Shown: positions 1-11,040 of the stretch, piece after piece
Layout: every line of letters starts with the position of its first letter
Numbering within the stretch: position 1 is the stretch's first letter
Assembly (NCBI GenBank): GCA_963695895.1
Contig: CAVOIK010000022.1
Span: 70,485 to 134,484 of the forward strand
Source of the DNA: an uncultured delta proteobacterium
GTDB lineage: Bacteria > Desulfobacterota > BSN033 > UBA1163
Length of the DNA: 64,000 nt
Direction of reading: 5' to 3'
The notes under the pieces: generated by a model
Database searches by the model: none
Told to the model about the DNA's origin: nothing
Seen by the model: the letters and a program-made list of their open reading frames with translations, nothing else
Program-made: the position numbers and the translations under genes

Positions 1-1
1 G

Positions 2-1364
2 ACCGTGGTTGTGGAGAGGATGGAGGGGCTTTCAGAGTCTCACCGGGCGACGTTCGTCCGGGTCGACAACAGCCGTCAAGCGCTGGCACAGATGGCGACA
101 AACTTCTATAGCCACCCTTCGTCGAAAATGACACTGATCGGTGTGACTGGAACGAATGGAAAAACAACGACCACGTTTCTTCTGGAGTCAATCTTGAAGA
201 AGGCTGGGTTTCGCGTCGGGGTCGTTGGCACGATCAACACCCGTTATGGAGAAACGGTGATTCAAGCCGTGAACACCACTCCCGAGTCCCTGGACCTTCA
301 AAGGATGTTCTCGGAGATGGCAGAGAACGGTGTCTCACACGTGATCATGGAAGTCTCCTCCCATGGCCTCGATTTGGATCGAGTGCTCGGGTGTCAATTT
401 GATCTTGCCGTGTTCACGAATTTTGCTTCGGATCATCTCGACTACCATCAGACCCTTGAACATTACTTTCAGAGCAAGCGAAAACTCTTTTGCCCATTAT
501 CTGGCGACGAGCCCGAAGCCTAAGCGGTTTGCCATAACGAATGGTGACGATCCTAAGGGAGAAATCATCGCGAGAGGATGTAACGTTCCTGTCGTCCGCT
601 ATGGTTTGAAATCCCCCGGGGAAGTGAGCGCACACCTGATAGAATCGACCTTCGAGGGTCTCCGGTGCCGCATTCGAACACCTCAGGGCGAATTTGATGT
701 TCATTCCGAGCTGATCGGCGGATACAATCTGTACAACATCCTCGCTGCAGTTTCTGGCGGGGTGGCCATGAACCTCCCCAACCCGGTGCTGAAAGAGGGC
801 ATCGAAGCGGTAAAGCGGGTTGCAGGAAGGTTCGATAAGGTCGAAAATCAAAAAGGGATCAACGTCATTGTCGATTATGCCCACAAGAAGGATGCCCTGG
901 AGCAGGTTCTCTTGGGGTTACGAAGTGTGCTTTCGGATGCCTTTCGAGGTTCCTCCGCGATCGGGAAGGTCATCACCGTCTTCGGATGCGGTGGTGATCG
1001 CGATCGAACTAAACGACCGTTGATGGGCGAGGTGGCAGGCAAGTACAGTGACCTCTGCATTCTGACGTCGGACAATCCGCGCACAGAGGATCCCGTGGCC
1101 ATCATGGAGGAGGTTGAAAAAGGCCTTCGCACACTGAATCTGAAAAAATGGCGGCCTGACGAGATCAGCCTCTGGCGGTCAGCCAAGGGATATCTCTCCA
1201 TCGCCGATCGGAGAGAGGCCATTCGGACGGCGATACGATTGGCTCAGCCCTCGGATACGGTTCTGATCGCAGGGAAAGGCCATGAGAATTACCAGATTCT
1301 CGGTAAAAAGAAGTTTCCTTTCGATGACCGGGTTGAAGCGAGAAAGGCGCTGGAGGAAGCGTGA
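2..1364 (+). CDS. murE: MurE (UDP-MurNAc-L-Ala-D-Glu:diamino acid ligase); 5' end truncated by the window edge; one frameshift
   Basis: ORFs 5..523 and 363..1364 read as a single Mur ligase, with P-loop 'GVTGTNGKTTT' plus 'GCGGDRDRTKRPLMG', 'LTSDNPRTEDP' and 'AGKGHENYQ'. The two frames join ('KRKLF|AHYLATSPKPKRFAITNGDDP') if the T4 run at 488-491 is read as T3. The P-loop lies only ~47 aa into the ORF, so about 60 aa are missing upstream of the window. Confidence 0.9.
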
Positions 1365-2758
1365 GTCTCTCTGTTGAGGAGATTTTGAAAGCAACCGAAG
1401 GCAGGCTCGTTCAAGGACAGAAAGGAGCCTTCTTTGAGGGAGTCTCGACGGATTCGAGGACGATCAGGGAGAAAGAACTTTTCATTGCCCTGAGAGGCAT
1501 CCGCTTCGATGGCCATGCCTATGCCTTGGAGGCTCTCGACAAAAGGGCCGCGGGTGTTCTGATCGAGGAAACCCGGGTTGGCGATTTTCGTTGGAACGGT
1601 TATCGCAGCCAAACGGTCGTTGCCGTGAAGGATAGCCTTCAGGCTCTAGGCGATCTGGCTCGCGCGAGGAGACGGAGATATGGGACACCTCTCGTGGCCA
1701 TCACTGGGAGCAATGGGAAAACAACCACCAAGGAAATGATTGCCGGGTGTCTCGGAACTCGCTTGCCCATTCTCAAGACGAAAGGAAACTTCAACAACCT
1801 GATCGGTCTCCCACTGACCCTATTGAATCTGACTGAAAGAGAAAAGGTCGTCGTCCTTGAGTTGGGAATGAATGTGGTGGGTGAGATTCGACGGCTCACG
1901 GAGATCGCCGAACCTGACATCGGGCTGATCACCAACATTCAGAGGGTTCATCTGGAGGGGATGGGAAGCCTGGAGAGATTGACGGAAGAGAAGGGAGAGC
2001 TCTTCAGGGGGGTGAAGAGAGAGGGGACGATCGTCGTGAATAGAGATGATCCGAGGGTCGTGGGGCTGGCGAAGGAATTTCCTGGTCGACAGATCACCTT
2101 TGGAGTGGAAGGCCGAGCCGATGTGGGGGCCAAGAAGATAGAACTCACACGGACGGGAACCTCTTTCAGATTGGTCGCAGGGAATGAAGAAACCGAGGTC
2201 GTCCTTCCAGCCTTTGGCAGACACTTCGTCATGAATGCCTTGTCGGCGGTGGCCGTGGCCTCCCTTTTCGAAATCGATTTGAAAGACGTAAAAGCGGCCC
2301 TGGAGCAGTTTAGGCCTTATGCGATGAGAATGGAGATCATCCCTCTGCCTGGAGCGAAAACACTGATTAACGACACTTACAATGCCAATCCCGTTTCGAT
2401 GGGCCTGGCCTTAGAGGTGCTGGTGGGGATGAAAGGGAAGGGCAGAGCCATTGCGCTGCTGGGAGATATGCTTGAACTTGGGTGTTTTTCGGAAGAGGCC
2501 CATCGACAACTTGGGAAAAAGATCAGTGAACTGCCGATCGATTTTCTCATGATGTTGGGAGAAAAAGGGGCGCTCGTCGTTGAGTCGGCAGTTCATCACG
2601 GATTTCCTGCCGGTAGAGTGAGACGTGTGAAAGATCACTCAGAGGCCCTTCTTGCATTGAGTGAGGTAGCCCAGGAAGGGGATTGGATTCTGATCAAAGG
2701 GTCAAGAGGCATGGCCATGGAAAAGATCGCAGAGCGGTTGCAAGAGGGGAGGGCCTAA
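1361..2758 (+). CDS. murF: MurF (UDP-MurNAc-tripeptide:D-Ala-D-Ala ligase)
   Basis: 465-aa ORF with Mur ligase P-loop 'ITGSNGKTTTKEM'. Its GTG start overlaps the murE stop (GTGA). It sits in the expected position between murE and mraY. Confidence 0.9.
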   Translation: MSLSVEEILKATEGRLVQGQKGAFFEGVSTDSRTIREKELFIALRGIRFDGHAYALEALDKRAAGVLIEETRVGDFRWNGYRSQTVVAVKDSLQALGDLARARRRRYGTPLVAITGSNGKTTTKEMIAGCLGTRLPILKTKGNFNNLIGLPLTLLNLTEREKVVVLELGMNVVGEIRRLTEIAEPDIGLITNIQRVHLEGMGSLERLTEEKGELFRGVKREGTIVVNRDDPRVVGLAKEFPGRQITFGVEGRADVGAKKIELTRTGTSFRLVAGNEETEVVLPAFGRHFVMNALSAVAVASLFEIDLKDVKAALEQFRPYAMRMEIIPLPGAKTLINDTYNANPVSMGLALEVLVGMKGKGRAIALLGDMLELGCFSEEAHRQLGKKISELPIDFLMMLGEKGALVVESAVHHGFPAGRVRRVKDHSEALLALSEVAQEGDWILIKGSRGMAMEKIAERLQEGRA

Positions 2759-2761
2759 CGC

Positions 2762-3838
2762 TTGTTTTACCATCTTCTTTATCCTCTCCACACCCTCTAT
2801 TCCGTCTTTAACGTCTTTCGATACATCACGTTCAGGACCATCTACGCGATTCTGACCGCACTGTTGATCAGTTTTGTCATTGGGCCATGGCTGATTGAGA
2901 AATTGAGGACCTTTCAGATCCAGCAGGTCATTCGAAAGGACGTTCCGGCGAGACATCTGGTGAAAAACGGAACCCCCACCATGGGGGGAAGTCTCATCCT
3001 GATGGCCGTTCTCATTCCGACTCTCTTCTGGTCCGACTTAACGAGCGGGTACATCTGGATCGTTTTGCTGACCACCTTAGGGTTTGGGGTCTTGGGTTTT
3101 CTGGACGACTACAAGAAGATCAGAGACAAGAACGGTATCGGCATCAGAGCCCGATACAAGTTTCCTATTCAGATGGCCATGGGCTTGGTGGCCAGCCTGA
3201 TTCTGTTCAGCACAATTGACCATGACTCGCGGTTGATCTTTCCCTTCTTCAAGAAGATCACGCCGGATCTGGGAAACTGGTACATTCTTTTCTCTGCCCT
3301 GGTCATCGTGGGGTCGGCAAACGCAGTCAATCTCACGGACGGGCTGGATGGATTGGCCATTGGACCTTATCTGATTGCCAGCGCCACGTTCATGCTCTTC
3401 TGTTATCTTGCTGGAAATTTCCGTTTTGCCGCCTACCTGCAGATTCCCTTTGTGAGAGGGAGTGCGGAGCTCACCATCCTGTGTGGAGCGTTGGTCGGTT
3501 CGAGCCTCGGGTTTCTCTGGTATAACACCTATCCGGCTCAGGTCTTTATGGGGGATATGGGTTCCTTGTCGCTCGGTGCTGCGCTCGGGACCATTGCCGT
3601 GGTGACGAAGCAGGAATTTCTCCTCGTCATCGTGGGCGGCATCTTTGTCATGGAGGTTCTCTCGGTAATGATCCAGGTGATTTCTTACCGGTTGAGAAGG
3701 AAGAGGGTGTTTCGGATGGCACCCATCCATCACCATTTTGAATTGAAGGGGTGGGCCGAGCCGAAGATCATCGTCCGATTCTGGATCATTGGCATTATCT
3801 TGGGGCTCGTGGCGATCAGCACACTGAAGTTGAGATGA
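2762..3838 (+). CDS. mraY: MraY (phospho-MurNAc-pentapeptide translocase)
   Basis: 358-aa polytopic membrane ORF with '[13 protein letters not shown]', '[11 protein letters not shown]' and 'APIHHHFE'. The start codon is TTG. Confidence 0.92.
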   Translation: MFYHLLYPLHTLYSVFNVFRYITFRTIYAILTALLISFVIGPWLIEKLRTFQIQQVIRKDVPARHLVKNGTPTMGGSLILMAVLIPTLFWSDLTSGYIWIVLLTTLGFGVLGFLDDYKKIRDKNGIGIRARYKFPIQMAMGLVASLILFSTIDHDSRLIFPFFKKITPDLGNWYILFSALVIVGSANAVNLTDGLDGLAIGPYLIASATFMLFCYLAGNFRFAAYLQIPFVRGSAELTILCGALVGSSLGFLWYNTYPAQVFMGDMGSLSLGAALGTIAVVTKQEFLLVIVGGIFVMEVLSVMIQVISYRLRRKRVFRMAPIHHHFELKGWAEPKIIVRFWIIGIILGLVAISTLKLR

Positions 3839-3845
3839 AACGCCA

Positions 3846-3878
3846 AGCGCTTAGCCTGCCTGCCGCAGGCAGGCGCTT
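3846..3878. repeat. GC-rich palindromic hairpin in the mraY-murD spacer, possibly related to the REP-like family
   Basis: 'agcgc..gcctgcc tgccgca ggcaggc gct'. The inner motif CCTGCC-N-GGCAGG recurs inside the REP-like copies at 40531-40546 and 49997-50010. Confidence 0.5.
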
Positions 3879-3896
3879 TGCGCATAGCGAAAAAGC

Positions 3897-5261
3897 ATGG
3901 CGCACATGGATTTGAACGGAAGAAGGGTTTTGGTTGTCGGCTTGGCTCAGACCGGATTGGCGACGGCGAGGTTCTTAAAGCAAAAGGGCTCCATCGTGAG
4001 TGCTACAGAGATCAGGCCAAAAGGTGAGATGACGGAAGCGGCTCGGGCCATGGAGGAACTCGCGATTCCAGTGGAATGGGGCGGCCACCGAGAAGAGACC
4101 TTTCTCAGGCAAGATCTGATCGTGATGAGTCCAGGAGTGGATTTGGCCACTGAACCGATTCAAAGGGCACTGAAGAAGGGGGCGCGAATCATCAGCGAGA
4201 TTGAACTGGCTTCCCATTTCATTCACGCTCCGATGATTGCGGTGACAGGGACCAATGGCAAGACCACCACGACGCTCCTGATTGGCGAGATGTTAAAAGA
4301 AGACGGTAAGAGAGCAGGTGTGGGGGGAAACGTGGGAGAACCTCTCATCCTTTTTGCCGAAGAGGAGACGACCTGGGACGTACTCGTGGTTGAAATCTCA
4401 AGCTTTCAACTCGAGGCGATCGAAGAGTTTCGACCCAGGATATCCGTGCTCCTGAACGTGACAGAGGATCATCTGGACCGTTACGCGAAGGTCCAAGACT
4501 ACGTGGACGCAAAGAGGAGAATCTTTGCCAATCAAATCAGCGAAGACACCGCTGTTCTTAACCGAGACGATCCGACGGTGATGATGTTGTCAAAACAGAT
4601 TTTGCCGAAAAAGATCTTTTTCAGTCTGAACGAAAGGCTGGCCGAGGGGGCCTTCTCAGACGGGAAGCAGATGACACTCCGGCTCCACGGGGCGGAGGAG
4701 GACTACCCTCTGGCCCAGGCGCGTCTTAAGGGAATGCACAACGTAGAAAATATGATGGCCGCCATTACGGCTGCGCGAGTTTTCGGTTGTTCCCGGAGAG
4801 CGGTCGAAGCGGTGCTCGGTCGGTTTGAAGGTTTGGAGCATCGTCTTGAGTTCGTACAGGAGATCGAGGGGGTTCGCTACTACAACGACTCGAAAGGGAC
4901 GAACGTTGGGTCCGTAGTGAAATCACTCCAGAGTTTCTCCGAGCCTGTGGTGTTGATTGCGGGAGGAAAGGACAAACAGGGAGACCTCAGCCCTCTGAAA
5001 GATCTGGTTCGAAACCGTGTCAAACAATTGATCCTGATCGGTGAGGCCAAGGAGCGAATGGCGCGAGAACTTGGGACGTTGACGGATACGGTCATGGCGC
5101 CGACCCTCGAAGAGGCTGTCCTCATGGCCCATCAAACAGCTAAGAAAGGGGACGTGGTTCTTCTGTCCCCTGCCTGTTCCAGTTATGACATGTTCAGGGA
5201 CTACAAAGAGAGGGGCAAGATCTTCAAGGAAACGATTAGACGGATCGGAGACTCTTCATGA
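3897..5261 (+). CDS. murD: MurD (UDP-MurNAc-L-Ala:D-Glu ligase)
   Basis: 454-aa ORF with N-terminal Rossmann-like 'VLVVGLAQTGLATARFL' and P-loop 'VTGTNGKTTTT'. Gene order supports the call. Confidence 0.9.
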   Translation: MAHMDLNGRRVLVVGLAQTGLATARFLKQKGSIVSATEIRPKGEMTEAARAMEELAIPVEWGGHREETFLRQDLIVMSPGVDLATEPIQRALKKGARIISEIELASHFIHAPMIAVTGTNGKTTTTLLIGEMLKEDGKRAGVGGNVGEPLILFAEEETTWDVLVVEISSFQLEAIEEFRPRISVLLNVTEDHLDRYAKVQDYVDAKRRIFANQISEDTAVLNRDDPTVMMLSKQILPKKIFFSLNERLAEGAFSDGKQMTLRLHGAEEDYPLAQARLKGMHNVENMMAAITAARVFGCSRRAVEAVLGRFEGLEHRLEFVQEIEGVRYYNDSKGTNVGSVVKSLQSFSEPVVLIAGGKDKQGDLSPLKDLVRNRVKQLILIGEAKERMARELGTLTDTVMAPTLEEAVLMAHQTAKKGDVVLLSPACSSYDMFRDYKERGKIFKETIRRIGDSS

Positions 5262-6358
5262 GAAGGAAAGGGAAATACGACTACATTCTATTGACCCTGG
5301 TCCTTGCCCTGGTGGGTTTTGGGATTGTCATGGTTTACAGCACGACAGCGATTATCGCAGGTGACCGTTTTCAGGATCCGTACTACTTCTTGATCAGACA
5401 GGCCGTTTATGCGGGCGTCGGGTTTCTTCTGATGGTTTTCATGATGTTTTTCCCTTATGGGAGATTGAAGCGGTGGGCCTATCCCATTTTCGGAGTCTGT
5501 ATCCTGCTGCTGATCGCCGTCCTCATCCCCGGTATTGGCCATCGCGCAGGAGGATCGATGCGATGGCTCAAGGTCCAGGGGTTCTCCTTTCAGCCCTCGG
5601 AGTTCGCCAAGCTGGGCCTCGTCATCTTCTTGGCCTATTTTCTGACCAAGAAGGAGGAAAAGATTCGGAGCTTCTCGTTCGGATTTCTTCCGACGATCGT
5701 ACTATCCGGTGGGGTCATTGCTCTGGTGCTGAAAGAACCCGATTTTGGCGCAGCGACCTTCTTGACGGTTATGGTATTTCTCCTCCTCTTTGTCAGCGGG
5801 GCCAGGGTCATTTATCTGGCGGGCTCGTGTCTGCTCGCCGTTCCGATCGTCTACTATTTTCTGACCAGTGCCGCCTATCGTTATCGGAGACTGCTCAGTT
5901 TCATTCGACCCTGGGAGGACCCCAGCGGAAGCAGTTTCCAGATTGTTCAATCTTTCCTCTCCTTTGGTTCCGGGGGTCTTTTTGGAGTGGGACTGGGCGA
6001 AGGAAAACAGAAGCTCTTCTTCCTTCCTGCGCCCCATACGGACTTTATTTTTTCTCTGGTTGGGGAAGAACTCGGGCTCGTGGGTGCGATGGTGGTCCTT
6101 CTGCTCTTCTTCATTATCATGATGAGAGGGATTCATATCGCTTACTCCCTGGAAGACCGCTTCGGAGCTTATTTGGCCATGGGGATTACCCTCATGATCT
6201 CCCTTCAGGTCGTGATCAACATGGGAGTGGTTTTAGGGCTGCTCCCCACGAAGGGGCTCACCCTTCCCTTCATCAGCTATGGAGGAACGTCGCTGGTGAC
6301 GAACCTCGTCGCGGTTGGAATCCTTCTTCAGCTTTCCTCCCATGTGGAGCGGAGGTAA
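5258..6358 (+). CDS. ftsW: FtsW (SEDS-family peptidoglycan polymerase / division protein)
   Basis: 366-aa ORF with about 10 TM segments and the FtsW/RodA/SpoVE-type motif 'FQPSEFAKL'. Its start overlaps the murD stop (ATGA). It lies between murD and murG. Confidence 0.85.
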   Translation: MRRKGKYDYILLTLVLALVGFGIVMVYSTTAIIAGDRFQDPYYFLIRQAVYAGVGFLLMVFMMFFPYGRLKRWAYPIFGVCILLLIAVLIPGIGHRAGGSMRWLKVQGFSFQPSEFAKLGLVIFLAYFLTKKEEKIRSFSFGFLPTIVLSGGVIALVLKEPDFGAATFLTVMVFLLLFVSGARVIYLAGSCLLAVPIVYYFLTSAAYRYRRLLSFIRPWEDPSGSSFQIVQSFLSFGSGGLFGVGLGEGKQKLFFLPAPHTDFIFSLVGEELGLVGAMVVLLLFFIIMMRGIHIAYSLEDRFGAYLAMGITLMISLQVVINMGVVLGLLPTKGLTLPFISYGGTSLVTNLVAVGILLQLSSHVERR

Positions 6359-6472
6359 ACAAGGATTCATGCAAATAGAAAAATGTAAAATGAGAGGTTT
6401 TGGAAATAAAGCAGAAACGGAGCTGTTAGGAATTTTGAGGCTTCACTTTTGGATTTTGGATTGGGTCATTCC

Positions 6473-7663
6473 ATGCGGTGTGTGATCGCTGGGGGCGGGA
6501 CAGGAGGGCACCTTTTCCCTGGCATCGCCATAGCGGAAGCGTTCATGGATAAGGAGCAAGGGAACGAAGTCCTGTTCATCGGTACAGAGAGAGGGATCGA
6601 GGCCAGGGTGTTACCTGAAGGGAAATTCCCGTTGAAGACCATAGAGGCCAAGCCACTCAAGGGGATGTCTCTGGTGGCGACGATGCGAGGGGTGTGCGCG
6701 ATTCCCAAAGCCATAGGGCAAGCCTTTCGGATCTTGAAAGAATCCAAACCTCAAATGGTCATCGGTGTTGGAGGATACGCCTCGGGCCCCACGGTGGTGG
6801 CTGCGTTTCTGCTCAGAATCAATAGGGCGATCCATGAGCAGAATATGGTGCCTGGCATGACCAACCGATGGTTAAAGTGGATCAGTCAAAGGATCTTTGT
6901 CTCTTTCGAAGAAACCCGGCGTTTCTTTCCAAAGAGAAAGACGTTTGTGACAGGAATGCCCATTCGAAGAAATCTACTGTCCTGTGTGTCTGAGCAGAAG
7001 ACAGACAGGGCGGCTGGCACAGAGGGAGAACGATTCACGGTTCTCATCTTTGGAGGAAGTGCAGGAGCACACCGGATCAACCGGGCCATGATAGAGGCCC
7101 TGGATGCTCTCGCAGGGATAAAGTCTTCCCTCAGGGTGATTCACCAGACCGGAAAGATCGATCTCGATTTCGTCTCTCGAGGGTATCAGGAAAAGGGGTT
7201 CGATGCCTTGGTAAGACCTTTCTTTGAGAATATGGGTTCTTGTTATGCAACCTCGGATGTGGTGATCTGCCGGGCCGGGGCAAGCACGATCGCAGAATTG
7301 GCTGTCTGTGGCAAAGCAGCGATTCTTGTCCCCTATCCCCATGCGGCTCATCAGCACCAACTCCTAAACGCTCAGAAGTTGGTTGCCATGGGGGCGGCAA
7401 GGATGATCCGGGATGAGGAGTTGGGCGGAGCGTCATTGTCTCACGCGATTCTCCAGATGGTCAACCATCCAGAGGAACGCAGGACGATGGAGGACACGAT
7501 CCAGAAGATGGCCCGGCCGAGAGCGGCCCAGGAGATCGTGGACCATTGCTATGCGTTAGCGTGTGGAAAAATGTGGACACGATTTGAGGTTCAGAGAGTT
7601 CTGAGGCAACTGATTCGCCTCCAATCTCACGGACCTTTAGCCTCTCGCGAGATGAGTCTTTAG
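6473..7663 (+). CDS. murG: MurG (lipid I GlcNAc transferase)
   Basis: '[19 protein letters not shown]' lies at the N-terminus. The ORF track begins at TTG 6449, but ATG 6473 ('MRCVIAGGG') fits the family N-terminus better. Confidence 0.85.
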   Translation: MRCVIAGGGTGGHLFPGIAIAEAFMDKEQGNEVLFIGTERGIEARVLPEGKFPLKTIEAKPLKGMSLVATMRGVCAIPKAIGQAFRILKESKPQMVIGVGGYASGPTVVAAFLLRINRAIHEQNMVPGMTNRWLKWISQRIFVSFEETRRFFPKRKTFVTGMPIRRNLLSCVSEQKTDRAAGTEGERFTVLIFGGSAGAHRINRAMIEALDALAGIKSSLRVIHQTGKIDLDFVSRGYQEKGFDALVRPFFENMGSCYATSDVVICRAGASTIAELAVCGKAAILVPYPHAAHQHQLLNAQKLVAMGAARMIRDEELGGASLSHAILQMVNHPEERRTMEDTIQKMARPRAAQEIVDHCYALACGKMWTRFEVQRVLRQLIRLQSHGPLASREMSL

Positions 7664-7664
7664 G

Positions 7665-9041
7665 TTGAGCATGTATCGTCGAGGGAGAATTCAACATATC
7701 CATTTTGTGGGCATCGGCGGGATTGGCATGAGCGGAATCGCTGAAGTCCTGCTCAATCTGGGCTATCACATCAGTGGCTCTGACGTCAAGGAGACGGAGG
7801 TGACCCGACGACTGGCTTCTCTCGGGTGCGACATCTCTTATGGCCACCGCAAGGAAAATGTGAAGGAAACCGATGTCGTGGTCGTGTCCTCCGCCATTCG
7901 CAAAGGGAACCCGGAAGTGGAGGCCGCTGAGCAAAGACTCATCCCGGTGATCCCAAGAGCTGAAATGCTGGCCGAGTTGATGCGGATGAAGATTGGGATT
8001 GCGGTTGCCGGAACTCATGGAAAGACGACAACGACCTCCCTGATTGCAACAGTCCTTGCCGCCGGAGGACTCGATCCGACGGTCGTGATTGGTGGAAGGC
8101 TGAACAGCCTTGGAAGCAACGCAAGGCTGGGGCAGGGTGAGTTTCTGGTGGCTGAGGCGGATGAGAGTGATGGCTCTTTTCTCAAGCTCATGCCCACCAT
8201 TGCCGTCGTTACGAATATTGATGAAGATCATCTCGATTACTACTCCGGGATCGAAGAGATCAAGGAGGCCTTTCTCAATTTCCTGAACAAGATTCCCTTT
8301 TTCGGCCTGGCCGTGCTCTGCCTGGATCATGCCCAGATTCAGAGCTTGATCCCAAAATTAAAGAAGCGATTTGCCACCTACGGGCTTACGACCCAGGCTG
8401 ACTTTCAGGCCAAAGAAATTGTCTTTGAGGGGCTGACGACCACGTTTGACATTCTCCACCATCGGCAGGAGATCGGCCGGCTGTCCATTCGTATGCCAGG
8501 TCTCCATAATGTTTATAACGCTCTGGCTACGGTGGCTACGGCCTTTGAGCTCGACATTCCCTTCCAGGTGGTACAGGAGGCACTACGGGACTTCGGCGGC
8601 ATCCAGAGGCGGTTTCAGATCAAAAGCGAGAAAAGAGGGATTGCCGTGGTCGATGATTACGGCCACCATCCTACAGAGATCATGGCTACACTGAAGGCTG
8701 CAAGGACAGGTTGGCAGAGGAGGATTGTGGTGGTTTTCCAGCCTCACCGGTACAGCCGAACGAAGGCCCTCTTCAAAGAATTTCTATCCGCTTTTAATGA
8801 CGCGGACGTTCTCATCCTTACCGAGATCTATGCAGCGGGTGAGGATCGGATCGAAGGGGTGGAGACCAGGTCCCTTTACGAGGGGATCCGAGAGCATGGG
8901 CACAAGGATGTCACCTTCTTGGAGAGTAAGAGGACAATTGTGGACCATTTGCTCAAGACGCTTCAACCGGGGGACATGGTCATCACTCTGGGGGCCGGTG
9001 ACATCTGGCAGGTGTCGGATGAGTTGGTAAAGCGGTTATGA
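7665..9041 (+). CDS. murC: MurC (UDP-MurNAc:L-Ala ligase)
   Basis: '[17 protein letters not shown]' and P-loop '[11 protein letters not shown]'. The start could be TTG 7665 or ATG 7671. Confidence 0.9.
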   Translation: MSMYRRGRIQHIHFVGIGGIGMSGIAEVLLNLGYHISGSDVKETEVTRRLASLGCDISYGHRKENVKETDVVVVSSAIRKGNPEVEAAEQRLIPVIPRAEMLAELMRMKIGIAVAGTHGKTTTTSLIATVLAAGGLDPTVVIGGRLNSLGSNARLGQGEFLVAEADESDGSFLKLMPTIAVVTNIDEDHLDYYSGIEEIKEAFLNFLNKIPFFGLAVLCLDHAQIQSLIPKLKKRFATYGLTTQADFQAKEIVFEGLTTTFDILHHRQEIGRLSIRMPGLHNVYNALATVATAFELDIPFQVVQEALRDFGGIQRRFQIKSEKRGIAVVDDYGHHPTEIMATLKAARTGWQRRIVVVFQPHRYSRTKALFKEFLSAFNDADVLILTEIYAAGEDRIEGVETRSLYEGIREHGHKDVTFLESKRTIVDHLLKTLQPGDMVITLGAGDIWQVSDELVKRL

Positions 9042-9172
9042 AAAACAGGGGTCCAAGGGATCTAGGGTTCAAGGGTCCAAAGGAATAGACAAGATGGAGG
9101 GAAATCGGCACTTTCGTTCTTCACCCGAATCCTTGAACATAGGTCGTGTCATAGAAGCGCCATGTTAGGCCA

Positions 9173-10093
9173 ATGAAATGGGTCAAGGGGATGACCATCG
9201 ATTATCGGGAAGAGATCCGAAGATTAATCAAGGGAAAAGTCCTTTTCAACGCGCCCATGAAGCGATTCACCTCGATGAAGGTAGGAGGACCCGTCGATGC
9301 TCTTCTCTTTCCGAGGAATGTCGGCGAACTGAAGAAGGTGGTCCGTTACGCGAGAAAGAAATCTATCCCCGTCATGATTCTGGGAAAAGGAACAAATGTG
9401 ATCGTTCGGGACAAGGGGATTCGGGGGTGGATGATCAATCTGATGCAGGGATTGAAGAAGATTCGTGTCGAGGGAGAGGTTGTGGAGGCAGAGGCAGGAG
9501 TTCCTCTTCAACGTTTGGTTCAATTCTCCGTTCAGAAAGGGCTGACAGGATTCGAGCCCTTTTACGGAATTCCAGGGACCGTCGGAGGTGGCCTGGCGAT
9601 GAACGCAGGTGCCTGGGGATCCGAATTCAAGGATATTCTCCTCTCCATAACGCTGATGAAAGAGAATGGAGACATCGTCGAAAGGCCCCGCTCGAAACTT
9701 CGGTTCTCTTACCGGGGATTGGTCCTGCCCTCGAAATGGATCATCCTCAAAGGAGAGTTCCAGTTGAAGAAGGGGAAAAAGAAGGAGATGGTCGAACGGA
9801 TAAAATCCTATTCGGAGCAGCGAAGGAAAAAACAACCCTTGGACTATCCGAGTGCGGGCTCCGTTTTCAAAAATCCAGCCGGAGGGCGTGCAGGCCGGTG
9901 GATCGAGGAAGCGGGCTTGAAAGGATATCAGGTTGGCCAGGCGATGGTTTCGGAGCGCCATGCCAATTTCATCATCAACCTTGGAAACGCCACTGCCACG
10001 GATGTCATCCATCTGATGGAATGGGTGGAAAAAAAGGTCTCTGAAGAAAAGGGAGTTTCTCTCGAGAGAGAAGTAAAGGTGGTTGGAGAGTGA
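9173..10093 (+). CDS. murB: MurB (UDP-N-acetylenolpyruvoylglucosamine reductase)
   Basis: 306-aa ORF with an FAD-binding-type N-terminus ('MKVGGPVDALLFP', 'ILGKGTNVIV') and 'SAGSVFKNP'. The overlapping ORFs 9178..10044 and 9224..10012 are shadow frames. Confidence 0.88.
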   Translation: MKWVKGMTIDYREEIRRLIKGKVLFNAPMKRFTSMKVGGPVDALLFPRNVGELKKVVRYARKKSIPVMILGKGTNVIVRDKGIRGWMINLMQGLKKIRVEGEVVEAEAGVPLQRLVQFSVQKGLTGFEPFYGIPGTVGGGLAMNAGAWGSEFKDILLSITLMKENGDIVERPRSKLRFSYRGLVLPSKWIILKGEFQLKKGKKKEMVERIKSYSEQRRKKQPLDYPSAGSVFKNPAGGRAGRWIEEAGLKGYQVGQAMVSERHANFIINLGNATATDVIHLMEWVEKKVSEEKGVSLEREVKVVGE

Positions 10094-11031
10094 AAAATCA
10101 CTCTAAGGAAAAGAGAATCGGCGTGCTGATGGGAGGGATGTCAAAAGAAAGGGACATTTCTCTTAAGACCGGGAAGGCCATCGCTAAAGCACTCACGACC
10201 AAAGGGTATCAAGCCCAACCGATCGATGTCACCCATCGCATTGCCGAAACATTGTCTAAAGAGAAGATCGACTGTGCCTTCTTGGCACTGCACGGGAAAT
10301 TTGGAGAGGACGGAACGATTCAGGGCATGCTTGAACTCATGAGGATTCCGTACACGGGGTCAGGCGTTCTGGCAAGTGCGTTGGCCCTTCATAAGGTGAT
10401 GGCCAAGAGGATATTTCATTACGAGAAGATTCCGACCCCGATGTTTGATGTCTTGCACGTGCAGGAGGTCAAAAAAGGACTTCAGAGAGAGATTTCTCTC
10501 CCCTTACCCGTTGTGGTTAAACCCGCAAGGGAGGGATCAACGATTGGGGTTTCCATTGTCACGAAGGAAAAACAGTTGATCCCGGCCCTGAAGAAAGCGG
10601 GCCAATACGACGAGGAGATCTTGGTGGAGGAATTCATTAAAGGCAGAGAAATTACCGTCGGGATTCTCGAAGGTCTCCCTCTGCCCATCATTGAAATTGC
10701 TCCCAAGAGCGGCTTCTATGATTTCCACTCCAAGTACACCAAGGGGGAAACAGAATACATCATCCCTGCCCGAATCCCAAGAGAGAAATACCTCACCGCT
10801 CAGGATCTGAGCCTGAGGGCTTTTCGAGCGTTGGGGTGCTCTGGTGTTGCCCGAATCGACCTGATGCTCGATGAGAGAGAGAACCCTTTCGTGTTAGAGG
10901 TCAACACCATGCCGGGAATGACGGAGACCAGTCTTCTGCCGAAAGCAGCGAATTATGCGGGGATTGCCTTTGAAGAGCTGGCGGAACGGATCCTGTTGGG
11001 GGCTTCTTTGAAGATGGAGAGTGCGACGTAG
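10090..11031 (+). CDS. ddl: D-alanine--D-alanine ligase
   Basis: 313-aa ATP-grasp ORF with 'GVLMGGMSKERDISLKTG', 'HGKFGEDGTIQG' and 'EVNTMPGMTETS'. Its GTG start overlaps the murB stop. Confidence 0.9.
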   Translation: MKNHSKEKRIGVLMGGMSKERDISLKTGKAIAKALTTKGYQAQPIDVTHRIAETLSKEKIDCAFLALHGKFGEDGTIQGMLELMRIPYTGSGVLASALALHKVMAKRIFHYEKIPTPMFDVLHVQEVKKGLQREISLPLPVVVKPAREGSTIGVSIVTKEKQLIPALKKAGQYDEEILVEEFIKGREITVGILEGLPLPIIEIAPKSGFYDFHSKYTKGETEYIIPARIPREKYLTAQDLSLRAFRALGCSGVARIDLMLDERENPFVLEVNTMPGMTETSLLPKAANYAGIAFEELAERILLGASLKMESAT

Positions 11032-11040
11032 AGGAACAGG

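Noticed and set aside
7461-8330. A long antisense ORF (289 aa). Similar large shadow ORFs occur at 414..884(-), 5473..6378(+), 9178..10044(+), 9224..10012(-), 31216..31734(+), 37669..38421(-), 41740..42423(-), 42072..42629(-) and 57934..58464(+).
   Set aside because: Each lies entirely inside, or antisense to, a gene with unambiguous family motifs (murC, ftsW, murB, the ABC ATPase, radical SAM, aor, argG). Their translations are Arg/Pro/Gly/Ser-rich low-complexity sequence typical of off-frame reading, and none has an RBS-supported start.
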